This document shows, in pieces, positions 16,193 to 27,275 of a DNA stretch of 27,275 bases. The translations under genes were made by a program, and so were the position numbers. Source of the DNA: Gemmatimonadales bacterium (GTDB lineage Bacteria > Gemmatimonadota > Gemmatimonadetes > Gemmatimonadales > GWC2-71-9); assembly GCA_036007005.1 (NCBI GenBank), contig DASYPD010000071.1:1-27275 (forward strand), in the 5' to 3' direction. Position 1 is the stretch's first letter, and the number at the start of each line of letters is the position of its first letter. The notes below the pieces were generated by a model that did not search any database, was not told the DNA's origin, and saw only the letters and a program-made list of their open reading frames with translations.

Positions 16193-17110
16193 GTGGGTGC
16201 AAGCGTGGATGAAGCCCTGGACAATTACTCTTCACTTCACCGCCTGCTGAGCGGGGCGATCGACTATGCCGGCCTTTTTCCGCCCGCGGGGTTGGATCTG
16301 GCCACGGCGCTCGCGAATTACCGGGCCTACCGCGGCTCGGCCGACGCCTGGGCACTGGGCCGGTTCGTGGTACCGGCGGCACAATTGAACGAGCTCGAGG
16401 GGCTGCTCCGGGACGGGAACGTCACCGTCGCAGAGCGCTTGCCTCTCACTGTTCTGCTGGGAACCGCCGGGGCGGACGAGGTCAGAGCGATCGAGCATTT
16501 CAATGCCCGGAGCGGCGAGCATGGGGGACGGGTCGAGAGCGTGGAGGTCAAGGCGGCGTCGGACAATGCGGCCCGCGCGGTGCTGGCCGTGCTGCCGGTG
16601 GAATGGAACCGCTATCTCGAGATTTCCCTCGATTCCGCCAGCGAGGCGGTTCTCGAGGCCCTCGCCGCCGGCCGGGCGTTTGCCAAGATCCGCACCGGGG
16701 GCGTCACGCCTGATGCGTTCCCCGAGGTCGACCAGCTGGTGCATTTTCTCCAGGCAGCGGCCCGCCGGAGGCTCGCGTTCAAGGCGACGGCCGGGTTGCA
16801 TCACCCGCTGCGAGGCTGCTACCGGCTCAGCTATGCCGAGGCTGCGCCGCAAGGCGTCATGTATGGCTTTCTGAATCTTTTCCTCGCCGCAACGCTCGCC
16901 TGGGGGGGCGCTGCCGCGGTCCAGCTGCGGGCGGCGCTGCGGGAAGATGACCCGGCGGCGCTGCGGCTCGATCCGGCGGCCCTGCAGTGGCGCGAGCTGC
17001 GGATCGGAGCGACGGCGCTCGCCCAGCTGCGGGAGAACTTCTGCCATAGCTTCGGGTCTTGCTCCTTTCGCGAGCCGCTCGATGAGCTCGCTGCGGGAGG
17101 CTGGACGTGA
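16193..17110 (+). CDS. Conserved hypothetical protein (probable alpha/beta barrel) coupled to fahA
   Basis: Motif-like blocks IDYAGLFPPA, GRFVVP, AKIRTGG, FKATAGLHHPLR, GFLN and SFGSCS..EP. Its stop overlaps the fahA start (GTGA). Start could be GTG 16193 or 16205. Confidence 0.8.
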   Translation: MGASVDEALDNYSSLHRLLSGAIDYAGLFPPAGLDLATALANYRAYRGSADAWALGRFVVPAAQLNELEGLLRDGNVTVAERLPLTVLLGTAGADEVRAIEHFNARSGEHGGRVESVEVKAASDNAARAVLAVLPVEWNRYLEISLDSASEAVLEALAAGRAFAKIRTGGVTPDAFPEVDQLVHFLQAAARRRLAFKATAGLHHPLRGCYRLSYAEAAPQGVMYGFLNLFLAATLAWGGAAAVQLRAALREDDPAALRLDPAALQWRELRIGATALAQLRENFCHSFGSCSFREPLDELAAGGWT

Positions 17111-18420
17111 GACCGGGGCTCGACCAGACGCACACCTTGGAGCTCGCGTCGTGGGTGAACTCGGCGCGGCAGGCGGCGACCGATTTCCCGCTCCAGAACC
17201 TTCCGTTGGGCGTGTTCCGCCCGGCGGGTCGGGCGCCGCGGATCGGCGTGGCGATCGGCGAGCACATCCTCGACCTTCAGCGCACAGTGCAGGTTGGCGG
17301 GTTAGGCCCGCTCGAGCCCTCGCTGCGCGGCGCGGCCCTGGCGCCGACGCTGAATCCGCTCTTTGCGCTGGGACGCACCGCGGTGACGGCACTCCGGCAC
17401 GCGGTGCACGCCTTGCTGCGGGAAGACTCCGCGCTGCCGCGTCCGCCCGAGGAGTGCCTGGTCGCGATGAGCGGCGCGGAGCTCCTGTTGCCCGCCGACA
17501 TCGGCGACTACACGGATTTCTATGCCTCGATTCACCACGCGATGAATGTCGGCAGCATGTTCCGGCCCGAGCAGCCCCTGCTGCCGAACTACAAATGGGT
17601 GCCGATCGGTTATCATGGCCGGACGTCCTCGATCGTTCCCAGCGGCCGCGCGATCCGCCGGCCTCGCGGGCAGCTCAAGGAGGACGCGGCGCCCGCGCCG
17701 GTGCTGCAGCCGACGGAGGCGCTCGATTACGAGTGCGAGCTTGGCCTCTGGGTGGGGCAGGGTAACCTGCTGGGCACCCCGGTCCCGATCGAGGCTGCCG
17801 AAACCCATCTGATCGGGCTCTGCTTGCTCAACGACTGGTCCGCGCGCGACGTGCAGCGCTGGGAGTATCAGCCCCTCGGCCCGTTTCTGTCCAAGAATTT
17901 CGCGACCAGCATCTCGCCCTGGGTCGTGACCCTCGATGCGCTGGAGCCGTTCCGGGTGGCCGCCGCGACGCGTCCCGAGGGAGATCCCGCACCGCTCCCC
18001 TATCTGCTCGACCAGCGCGACCAGGAGCGTGGGGCGATTGCCGTGGAGCTCGAGGTCTGGCTGCGCTCCGAACCCATGCGCACGATGGGCTGCGAGCCGG
18101 TGTGTCTCAGCCGCTCGCGCGCCGCTGAGCTCTACTGGACGCCGGCCCAGCTCGTCACCCATCACGCCAGCAACGGCTGTAATCTTCGGCCCGGAGATTT
18201 GCTGGCGAGCGGAACGGTGTCGGGACCGGCGCGCGAAAACCGCGGCTGTCTCCTGGAGCTGACTTGGCGCGGCCGTGACCCGCTCGAGCTGCCGAGCGGG
18301 GAAACCCGTCGCTTTCTCGAGGACGGCGACGAAGTAGTGCTGCGCGGCTTCTGCCGGCGAGCAGGCTTTGCGACCATCGGATTCGGAGAATGTCGGGGGG
18401 TGGTCCTTCCCGCGCGATGA
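17107..18420 (+). CDS. fahA: Fumarylacetoacetase
   Basis: FPLQNLPLGVF, GDYTDFYASIHHA, IGYHGRTSSIV, LDYECELG, NDWSARDVQRWEYQPLGPFLSK and GDLLASGTVSG. Confidence 0.95.
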   Translation: MRPGLDQTHTLELASWVNSARQAATDFPLQNLPLGVFRPAGRAPRIGVAIGEHILDLQRTVQVGGLGPLEPSLRGAALAPTLNPLFALGRTAVTALRHAVHALLREDSALPRPPEECLVAMSGAELLLPADIGDYTDFYASIHHAMNVGSMFRPEQPLLPNYKWVPIGYHGRTSSIVPSGRAIRRPRGQLKEDAAPAPVLQPTEALDYECELGLWVGQGNLLGTPVPIEAAETHLIGLCLLNDWSARDVQRWEYQPLGPFLSKNFATSISPWVVTLDALEPFRVAAATRPEGDPAPLPYLLDQRDQERGAIAVELEVWLRSEPMRTMGCEPVCLSRSRAAELYWTPAQLVTHHASNGCNLRPGDLLASGTVSGPARENRGCLLELTWRGRDPLELPSGETRRFLEDGDEVVLRGFCRRAGFATIGFGECRGVVLPAR

Positions 18421-18974
18421 GGACTCTCGTCCGCACCACGCACCTCGAAATGTTGTCGCGCTCCAGCTTGCGACCCGCGCTCACGCTCCCGGCCGACCTG
18501 CTGCTGCTGCGGGCGGGCATCCCCTCTCCTGAGCTTGGGCGCTTCCTGTATACTGCGGTGGGCGGCGACTGGTATTGGCGCGAGCGACTGAGCTGGAGCT
18601 ACCCCCGCTGGCTGACCTGGCTGTCGCGCCCCGAAATCGAAACCTGGATGGCTCTGGAAAGCGGCACCCCCGCGGGCTATTTCGAGCTCGAAGCGCAATC
18701 GGAAGGCAGCGTCGAAATCACCTACTTCGGGCTGCTGCCACAATTTGCGGGGAAGGGAATCGGCGGCTACCTGCTGACCCAAGCGGTCGATCGCGCCTGG
18801 CAGCTGCGGCCCTCGATCCGGCGCGTGTGGGTGCACACCTGTAGCCTCGACCACTCCCGCGCCCTGCCGAACTACCTGGCGCGCGGTTTCACGATATTCA
18901 AGGAGGAGGAATACCAGGTCGAGCTTCCCGGCGAGCCGCCGGGTCCCTGGCCCGGCGCGGAGCGGCCGCGATGA
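18417..18974 (+). CDS. GNAT family N-acetyltransferase, 185 aa
   Basis: Motif A FGLLPQFAGKGIGGYLL and motif B VWVHTCSLDH..AL.NY..RGF. ATG at 18417 overlaps the fahA stop. Confidence 0.88.
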   Translation: MRTLVRTTHLEMLSRSSLRPALTLPADLLLLRAGIPSPELGRFLYTAVGGDWYWRERLSWSYPRWLTWLSRPEIETWMALESGTPAGYFELEAQSEGSVEITYFGLLPQFAGKGIGGYLLTQAVDRAWQLRPSIRRVWVHTCSLDHSRALPNYLARGFTIFKEEEYQVELPGEPPGPWPGAERPR

Positions 18975-19606
18975 ATCTCGCGGAGCTGCGGCGCGACTAT
19001 GCCCGCGCCGTTCTCGATGAGAGTTCGGCCGAGGCCGACCCGTTGCAGCAACTGCGCCGCTGGCTGAACGACGCGGCGGACGCCCAGGTGGCCGAGCCGA
19101 GCGCTATGACGCTCGCGACCGCGACGCGAGAAGGGCGGCCCAGCGCGCGCATCGTGCTGCTCAAAGGCCTGGACGAGCGAGGACTGGTGTTTTTTACCGA
19201 CTCGCGCAGCAGAAAGGGGGAGGAGCTGGCGCAGAATCCCCTGGCCGCGCTGGTATTCTGGTGGTGCGAGCTCGAGCGGCAGGTGCGGGTTAGCGGCACT
19301 GTCACGCGGATCGCCGAAACGGAGTCCGAGGCGTACTATCGTTCGCGTCCCCTCGGCAGCCGGCTGAGCGCCTGGGCCTCGCATCAGAGCCAGGTGGTCT
19401 CCGGCCGCGCGGCGCTCGAAGCCCAATGGGAGGCGCTCTCGCGACGCCACGCCGCCGAAGCCGTGCCCAAGCCGCCGTACTGGGGCGGCTACCGCGTGCA
19501 GGCCGACGAATACGAATTCTGGCAGGGCCGCCCGAACCGGTTGCACGACCGGCTGCGCTATCGGAAAGGCACGGATGGCTGGCTTGTCGAAAGGTTGAGT
19601 CCGTAA
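18971..19606 (+). CDS. pdxH: Pyridoxine/pyridoxamine 5'-phosphate oxidase
   Basis: RRDY, AMTLATA, PSARIVLLKG, SRKG, RQVRV, SRPLGSRLSAWAS, YWGGY and EFWQGRPNRLHDR. Confidence 0.96.
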   Translation: MNLAELRRDYARAVLDESSAEADPLQQLRRWLNDAADAQVAEPSAMTLATATREGRPSARIVLLKGLDERGLVFFTDSRSRKGEELAQNPLAALVFWWCELERQVRVSGTVTRIAETESEAYYRSRPLGSRLSAWASHQSQVVSGRAALEAQWEALSRRHAAEAVPKPPYWGGYRVQADEYEFWQGRPNRLHDRLRYRKGTDGWLVERLSP

Positions 19607-22023
19607 TGGCACCCTTCGTCGTTGCGCGGGCCGCAGTCCGGGAAGTCATTGCGAGGGCCGCAGGCCCGAAGCAATCCCAAGCGCTTTGCGCCGTCGCGAT
19701 CCTGGGCGGCGTGCTGGCGCTTCCTGCTGCGGCCCAGACGAAGTTCGCACTGGAGGTTCCCACTATCATGCGCGGCCCCGAGAATACCGGCCGCGAGCCG
19801 TCCGCTGTCCGCTGGTCTCCCGATGGGCAGTGGATCTCTTTCCGTTGGCTGCCGCCTGGCGCGGACTGGCGCGAGACGCTGAAGCCCTATCGGATCCGGG
19901 CCGTGGCGGGCGCCGCACCGGAGCGGCTGACGCAGGCTCAAGCTGACTCGCTCGAGCCGCTGTTCGCCAGTGGGGCGCTCGCCCCGGACCGCAGGCTCCG
20001 GGTCGTGTCGGTGCGGGGAGACCTCTATCTCGTTGAGCTGCCCTCCGGCCAGCTGCGCCGGTTGACCAGCACCCCGGGCGTCAGCGAGACCGATCCCCGC
20101 TTCGACCGCGAAGGCCGCCGGGTCTTCTTTCGCAGGGACAACAACAGCTTTGCGCTGGACATCGTCCAGGGCGGCGTGCAACAGCTCACCGACATTCGCA
20201 CCGGGCCCGGACCGGAGGAGCCCAAGCGCGCCGAAGGCCAGCGCGCCTTCGTGGAGGCGGAGCAGCGCGCGCTATTGGGCGCGGTGCGCGACCGCCGGAT
20301 GCGCGACAGTCTCGATAAGGCGGAGCGAGAAGCCCGGGATGCCGCACAGCCCAAGGCCTTCTATCTCGCGAGCGGCGAGCAGGTACGAGAGCTTTCCCCT
20401 TCGCCGAGCGGCGAAGCGGTGCTCGTTCAGCTGGTGACGCCGACGCCGAGTGCGCGAACGGCACAGGTGCCGAACTACGTCACGCTGTCGGGGTACACCG
20501 AAGAGATCGCCTCGCGCACCAAGGTCGGAGACCTGCAGAGCCGGACCCGTCTCGGCCTCTTCTCGGTCTCCAGCGGCGCGGTGCGCTGGATCCAGCCGCT
20601 CGCCCCTGACAGCAGCGGCACGTATGCCCAGCTCAGCGTGGCCGGCTGGAACGATCGCGGCAACTCTGCGCTGCTCTTCGCGTGGAATCGCAGCTTCACC
20701 GAGCGGCGGCTGGTGCGGGTGGATGCGGATTCGGCGCGGGTAACCCCGCTCGACGTGCAACGCGATACCGCGTGGGTCGGCGGCCCCTGCGCCGCGCCCT
20801 GCGACGGCGTCGGAGGCTGGCTTCCGGGCGACGGCGGCGTCTGGCTCGTGAGCGAGGCGGACGGGTACGCGCACCTCTACACGATGAGCGCCGACGGGAG
20901 CAACCGCCACCAGCTAACCCGCGGGAAATGGGAAGTCCTCGACGCCGAGCTGCTGCCCGACCGCTCCGCCTGGCTGCTGCACACCAGCGAAGTGTCGCCC
21001 TATGAGCGCCACGCGTATCTGCTCCCGCTGGCGGATCGCGCGACTCCCCGACCTCCTGACCGCCTGACCGCCGACGTCGGCGGCCACACCGTCACCCTGA
21101 GCCCCGACGGCCGGCAGCTGGTCGACCTCGCTTCCTCCGCCAACCGGCCGCCCGAGCTCTTTCTGCAGGCGACGCGGGCCGGCGCTCCGCGTGGCCAGCT
21201 CACCAGCTCAGCGACCGCCGCGTGGCTGAGCTTCCCCTGGATCAAGCCCGAAATCATCGGGATCCCCGCCTCGGACGGCGTTCAAGTTCCCGCCCGCATC
21301 TATCGCCCCGCGGAGCTTGGCGCGCGGCCGAACGGCGCGGCGGTCATCTTCGTGCACGGGGCGGGTTGCCTGCACAATGTGCACAATTACTGGTCCACCT
21401 ATTTCCGGGAATACCAGTTCAACCAGCTGCTGGCCTCGAAGGGCTATGTCGTGCTCGACCTCGACTACCGCGGCTCAACCGGGTACGGACGGGACTGGCG
21501 GCTCGCGAACTACCGCCACATGGGTGGCCGGGATCTGCAGGACCAGGTGGATGCGGTGCGCTGGCTGCAGAAGACCCATGGCATCTCACCCGACCGGGTC
21601 GGCATCTACGGCGGCAGCTACGGTGGCTTCATCACTTTGATGGCGCTCTTCACCGAGCCCAAGTGGTTTGGTGCCGGCGCCGCTTTGCGCCCCGTGACCG
21701 ACTGGGCCCACTACAATCACCCGTACACCGCGGAGATTCTGAACGAGCCCCAGGAAGATTCGCTTGCCTACCGTCAATCGTCGCCCATCTACTTCGCTCA
21801 GGGCCTCGAGGATCCCCTGCTCATCCTCCACGGGATGGTGGATGTCAACGTCCATTTCCAGGATGTCGTCCGGCTCACCCAGCGGCTGATCGAGCTCGGC
21901 AAGACCGACTGGCAGCTCGCGGTGTATCCCGTGGAGGACCACGGGTTCATTCGGCCCGATTCGTGGACCGACGAATACCGCCGGATCCTCGAGCTCTTTG
22001 AGCGGTGGCTCAAGCCGAAGTGA
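19606..22023 (+). CDS. Secreted S9 family serine peptidase (propeller plus alpha/beta hydrolase), 805 aa
   Basis: TAATG coupling to pdxH, signal peptide ending in PAAA, LDYRGS.GYGRD, GGSYGG, HGMVD and EDHGF. Confidence 0.92.
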   Translation: MAPFVVARAAVREVIARAAGPKQSQALCAVAILGGVLALPAAAQTKFALEVPTIMRGPENTGREPSAVRWSPDGQWISFRWLPPGADWRETLKPYRIRAVAGAAPERLTQAQADSLEPLFASGALAPDRRLRVVSVRGDLYLVELPSGQLRRLTSTPGVSETDPRFDREGRRVFFRRDNNSFALDIVQGGVQQLTDIRTGPGPEEPKRAEGQRAFVEAEQRALLGAVRDRRMRDSLDKAEREARDAAQPKAFYLASGEQVRELSPSPSGEAVLVQLVTPTPSARTAQVPNYVTLSGYTEEIASRTKVGDLQSRTRLGLFSVSSGAVRWIQPLAPDSSGTYAQLSVAGWNDRGNSALLFAWNRSFTERRLVRVDADSARVTPLDVQRDTAWVGGPCAAPCDGVGGWLPGDGGVWLVSEADGYAHLYTMSADGSNRHQLTRGKWEVLDAELLPDRSAWLLHTSEVSPYERHAYLLPLADRATPRPPDRLTADVGGHTVTLSPDGRQLVDLASSANRPPELFLQATRAGAPRGQLTSSATAAWLSFPWIKPEIIGIPASDGVQVPARIYRPAELGARPNGAAVIFVHGAGCLHNVHNYWSTYFREYQFNQLLASKGYVVLDLDYRGSTGYGRDWRLANYRHMGGRDLQDQVDAVRWLQKTHGISPDRVGIYGGSYGGFITLMALFTEPKWFGAGAALRPVTDWAHYNHPYTAEILNEPQEDSLAYRQSSPIYFAQGLEDPLLILHGMVDVNVHFQDVVRLTQRLIELGKTDWQLAVYPVEDHGFIRPDSWTDEYRRILELFERWLKPK
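19618..19700 (+). repeat. Degenerate REP-like element lying in frame inside the S9 peptidase signal peptide
   Basis: GTCATTGCGA (19645-19654) and GAAGCAATCC (19668-19677) are identical to the 6792 element. 19681-19700 matches 6839-6858 at 17 of 20 positions. An imperfect 27-bp tandem unit precedes it at 19618-19644. Confidence 0.75.
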
Positions 22024-22886
22024 ATCGCGGCATCTCTCTGGCACGGACCGGCCTCGTCACCAATGGCCTGCTCGCCCTCGCCAAACTGCTCGCGGGGATC
22101 CTGGGCCATTCCTACGCGCTGATCGCCGACGCGGTGGAGTCCGTCGCCGACATCTTTTCCTCGCTGGTCGTCTGGGGCGGGCTCCGGGTCGCCTCGCGTG
22201 ATGCCGACCAGCGCTATCCCTTCGGCTATGGCAAGGCCGAATCCGTCTCCTCCGCCATCGTCGGCTTGATGCTGGTCGGGGCGGCACTCGGCATCGCCAT
22301 CGAAGCGATCCGCGAGATCCGTATCCCGCATCACACGCCCGCGCCCTTCACGCTCATCGTGCTCGTGGCCGTGGTCGGCATCAAGGCCCTGCTCTTCCGC
22401 CGGGTCGCGCGCGGCGCCGCGGAGCTGGGCAGCCAGGTCGTCGCGGCCGATGCGTGGCATCATCGCGCCGACGCCATCACCTCCTCGGCCGCATTCATCG
22501 GCATTTCGATCGCCGTGCTTGGCGGTCCGGGCTGGGAAGCCGCGGATGACTGGGCGGCGCTGTTTGCTTCCCTCGTGGTGTTCTACAATGGGGTGCAGAT
22601 CATTCGTCCCGCGCTGGCCGACCTGATGGATCAGTCCCCCGAGGAAGAGGTCTTTCGCGCGGTCGATGCCGCAGCGCATGCGGTGGACGGGGTGCTCGCC
22701 ACGGAAAAGCTCCGGATCCGGAAGAGCGGCACCAAGTATCTGCTGGAGCTCCATGTCCAGGCCAACCCCACGCTCTCGCTCCACGATGCCCACGTGCTGA
22801 GCGGCAAGGTCAAGAGCCGAATTCGTAGCGCGGTGCCGCGGGTCGAGAACGTGCTGGTCCATATGGAGCCGTTCGAGGACGCGTGA
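22020..22886 (+). CDS. Cation diffusion facilitator (FieF-like) transporter, 288 aa
   Basis: ALIADAVESVAD, YPFGYGKAE, WHHRAD, multiple TM segments and a C-terminal domain (LELHVQ..LSLHDAH..VLVHMEP). GTG at 22020 overlaps the upstream stop. Confidence 0.92.
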   Translation: MNRGISLARTGLVTNGLLALAKLLAGILGHSYALIADAVESVADIFSSLVVWGGLRVASRDADQRYPFGYGKAESVSSAIVGLMLVGAALGIAIEAIREIRIPHHTPAPFTLIVLVAVVGIKALLFRRVARGAAELGSQVVAADAWHHRADAITSSAAFIGISIAVLGGPGWEAADDWAALFASLVVFYNGVQIIRPALADLMDQSPEEEVFRAVDAAAHAVDGVLATEKLRIRKSGTKYLLELHVQANPTLSLHDAHVLSGKVKSRIRSAVPRVENVLVHMEPFEDA

Positions 22887-24208
22887 CCCTCGCGGAGCGT
22901 TTCGAGCGCCATCTGAGCGGGATGGCGTTGCCGGCCGGCCCGGCGCTGGTCGCCGTCTCGGGCGGTCCCGACTCGCTCGCCCTGCTCGATCTCCTCGCGC
23001 GCTCTGCCGCGGCGACCCGCTTCGCGCTGCACGTTGCGCACGCCGATCACGGGATCTCCGCCGGAAGCGCGGAGGTCGCCGAACGGGTGCGCGGCGAGGC
23101 GGCACGCTACCATCTCCCGTTCCATGTGACACGACTCGAGCTCGGGCCTGCCGCGGGCGAGACCGTGGCGCGCACCACGCGTTTCGCCTGGCTCGAGCGA
23201 CTCGCCGACCAGCTCGGCGCCGAGCTCATCTTTGCCGGCCATCAACAGGACGATCAGATCGAGACGATTCTCATGCGGGTGCTCCAAGGATCCGGTCCCG
23301 CCGGTCTGGCCGGGATCGCGCCTCGGCGGGGCAGAATCGTCCGGCCCCTGCTGCCGTTTCGACGCGAGGAGCTGGCCGCATATCTGCAGGAGGTGGGGCT
23401 CTCAGCATGGGAAGATCCGGCGAATCGCGATCCGCGTCACGAGCGCTCCTGGATTCGCTGCGAGCTGTTGCCCGCGCTCCGGCAGCGGGTTCCCTGTGTC
23501 GAGGGCAACCTCCTCGCGCTTGGCCGCCAAGCCGCGGCCGCACGCGCGGCCTGGGACAGCGTGCTGGAGCGATTACCGGACCTCGACGTAACGCTCGCGT
23601 GCGATGGGGTTTCCGTTGCTGCGTCCCCCCTGCATGGGTATGATTCCAGCAGCGTGCGGGCCCTGCTCGGCGCCCTGGGGCGCCGGGTTGGTTGTCTCAT
23701 CGGCCCGCAACGAGCGGCGCAGATCGAACGGCTGCTCGAGAGCGGCCGAAGCGGGGCGGTCGCGGAGCTTGGCAATGGATGCGCAGCCGAGCTCTCGTTC
23801 GGCCGCCTTCGTCTCTTTCGGGGCTCCGCGCATCCTTCCCCGTGGATGGCGCAGCGGCTCGAAGGGGCAGCCGGAGAGTTGGTCGCGGGCGGCTGGCGTG
23901 TCGCTTGGCGCCGCACGCTCGCACCGGATCGGCTGGAACGGAGCTCGACGTCGAGCTGGTTCAGCGAGGACGCCTACGTGGTGCGGCCCTGGCGGGCCGG
24001 CGATCGCATCCGGCCGCTGGGCGCCGGCGGAAGGAGACTCGTGGTGCGGTGCATGCAGGACGCGCGGGTCCCGCGCAGCCAACGCGAGGCGTGGCCGGTC
24101 ATCGAGGCTGGGGGAACTATCGTGTGGGTTCCCGGCGTTTGCCGCTCGGACGAGCGGATTCCGCGTCCCGAGACCGAAGCGGTCCGGATCGATGCCCAGC
24201 TCAGCTGA
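22883..24208 (+). CDS. tilS: tRNA(Ile)-lysidine synthetase
   Basis: PP-loop AVSGGPDS, GHQQDDQIETILMR, RPLL and EDPAN, plus a TilS C-terminal domain (RPWRAGDRI..., IVWVPG). Sits upstream of hpt-ftsH. Confidence 0.94.
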   Translation: MTLAERFERHLSGMALPAGPALVAVSGGPDSLALLDLLARSAAATRFALHVAHADHGISAGSAEVAERVRGEAARYHLPFHVTRLELGPAAGETVARTTRFAWLERLADQLGAELIFAGHQQDDQIETILMRVLQGSGPAGLAGIAPRRGRIVRPLLPFRREELAAYLQEVGLSAWEDPANRDPRHERSWIRCELLPALRQRVPCVEGNLLALGRQAAAARAAWDSVLERLPDLDVTLACDGVSVAASPLHGYDSSSVRALLGALGRRVGCLIGPQRAAQIERLLESGRSGAVAELGNGCAAELSFGRLRLFRGSAHPSPWMAQRLEGAAGELVAGGWRVAWRRTLAPDRLERSSTSSWFSEDAYVVRPWRAGDRIRPLGAGGRRLVVRCMQDARVPRSQREAWPVIEAGGTIVWVPGVCRSDERIPRPETEAVRIDAQLS

Positions 24209-24745
24209 GGTTCTCCGCCGAACCGGCGGGCGCACCGTCAAGTCGATCGTCTATGACGAGGCGGCGATCGCTGCGAAAGTGGCCGAGCTGGGCACCGAGA
24301 TCACCAGCACGTACCCGGACGGGGAGCTGCTGGTGCTCGGTCTGCTCAAGGGCAGCTTCATCTTCCTGGGCGATCTGGTGCGGAAGATCGAGCGGCCGCT
24401 GCAAGTGGACTTTCTGGTGGCGAGCTCCTACGGCGCCGGGACCACCAGCTCCGGTCTGGTGCGGCTGCTCTACGATCCGGAGACCCGGCTCGAGGGCAAG
24501 CACATTGTGCTGGTGGAAGACATCGTGGATAGCGGCAACACCGTGCGCAAGCTGATCGGCATGTTGCGCGAGCGCGAGCCGGCCTCCCTGGCGGTCTGCG
24601 CCCTGCTCGACAAGATCGCCATGCACGCGCCGATGCCCGAGGTACGCTTCGTCGGCTTCCAGGCCCCGACCGCGTTCCTGGTCGGATATGGACTGGATCA
24701 CGCCGAAGACTTCCGGCATCTACCTTTTATTGCGGATTTGATGTA

Positions 24746-24746
<1 letters not shown>
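24192..24746 (+). CDS. hpt: Hypoxanthine phosphoribosyltransferase, 184 aa
   Basis: GLLKGS, PRPP loop VLVEDIVDSGNT and FLVGYGLD. ATG at 24192 overlaps the tilS 3' end by 17 bp. Confidence 0.95.

Positions 24747-27275
<2,529 letters not shown>

Noticed and set aside
6792-19700. CRISPR or IS/MITE interpretation of the two repeat copies
   Set aside because: Only two distant copies, no regular spacers, no cas or transposase gene, and no evident target-site duplication.
21355-21381. HGAGC in the second S9 peptidase, where I recall HGAGY in relatives
   Set aside because: It is a single-base difference judged from memory and the catalytic triad is intact, so it cannot be supported without an alignment.

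Overview
GC-rich bacterial chromosomal window. It is probably Gemmatimonadota-like, inferred from the kinase N-terminal signature and the abundance of secreted hydrolases. I saw no CRISPR array, rRNA, tRNA, transposase or phage gene. Left to right: (1) the start of a truncated lipoprotein gene behind a structured leader; (2) a minus-strand pair of an exported six-hairpin glycoside hydrolase with two F5/8-type C modules and a translationally coupled exported aldose 1-epimerase; (3) a divergent membrane Ser/Thr kinase with TPRs; (4) a minus-strand run of S9 peptidase, DUF1259 protein, a palindromic REP-like element and a conserved hypothetical protein that may be YaaA-like; (5) a plus-strand beta-rich hypothetical protein and a large beta-propeller/amidohydrolase; (6) an MBL-fold hydrolase divergent from a 12-kb tightly overlapping run: solA-like oxidase, hypothetical, fahA, GNAT, pdxH, S9 peptidase, CDF transporter, tilS, hpt, ftsH and folP (truncated). 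The most unusual observations are a decayed copy of the REP-like element that now encodes much of the signal peptide of the second S9 peptidase, an uncharacterised protein coupled to fahA (candidate missing step of the fumarylacetoacetate pathway), a possible remote YaaA homolog, an anti-SD-containing leader and a 40-bp SD-less divergent promoter with an AT palindrome. Family assignments come from motif recognition and recall, not database searches.
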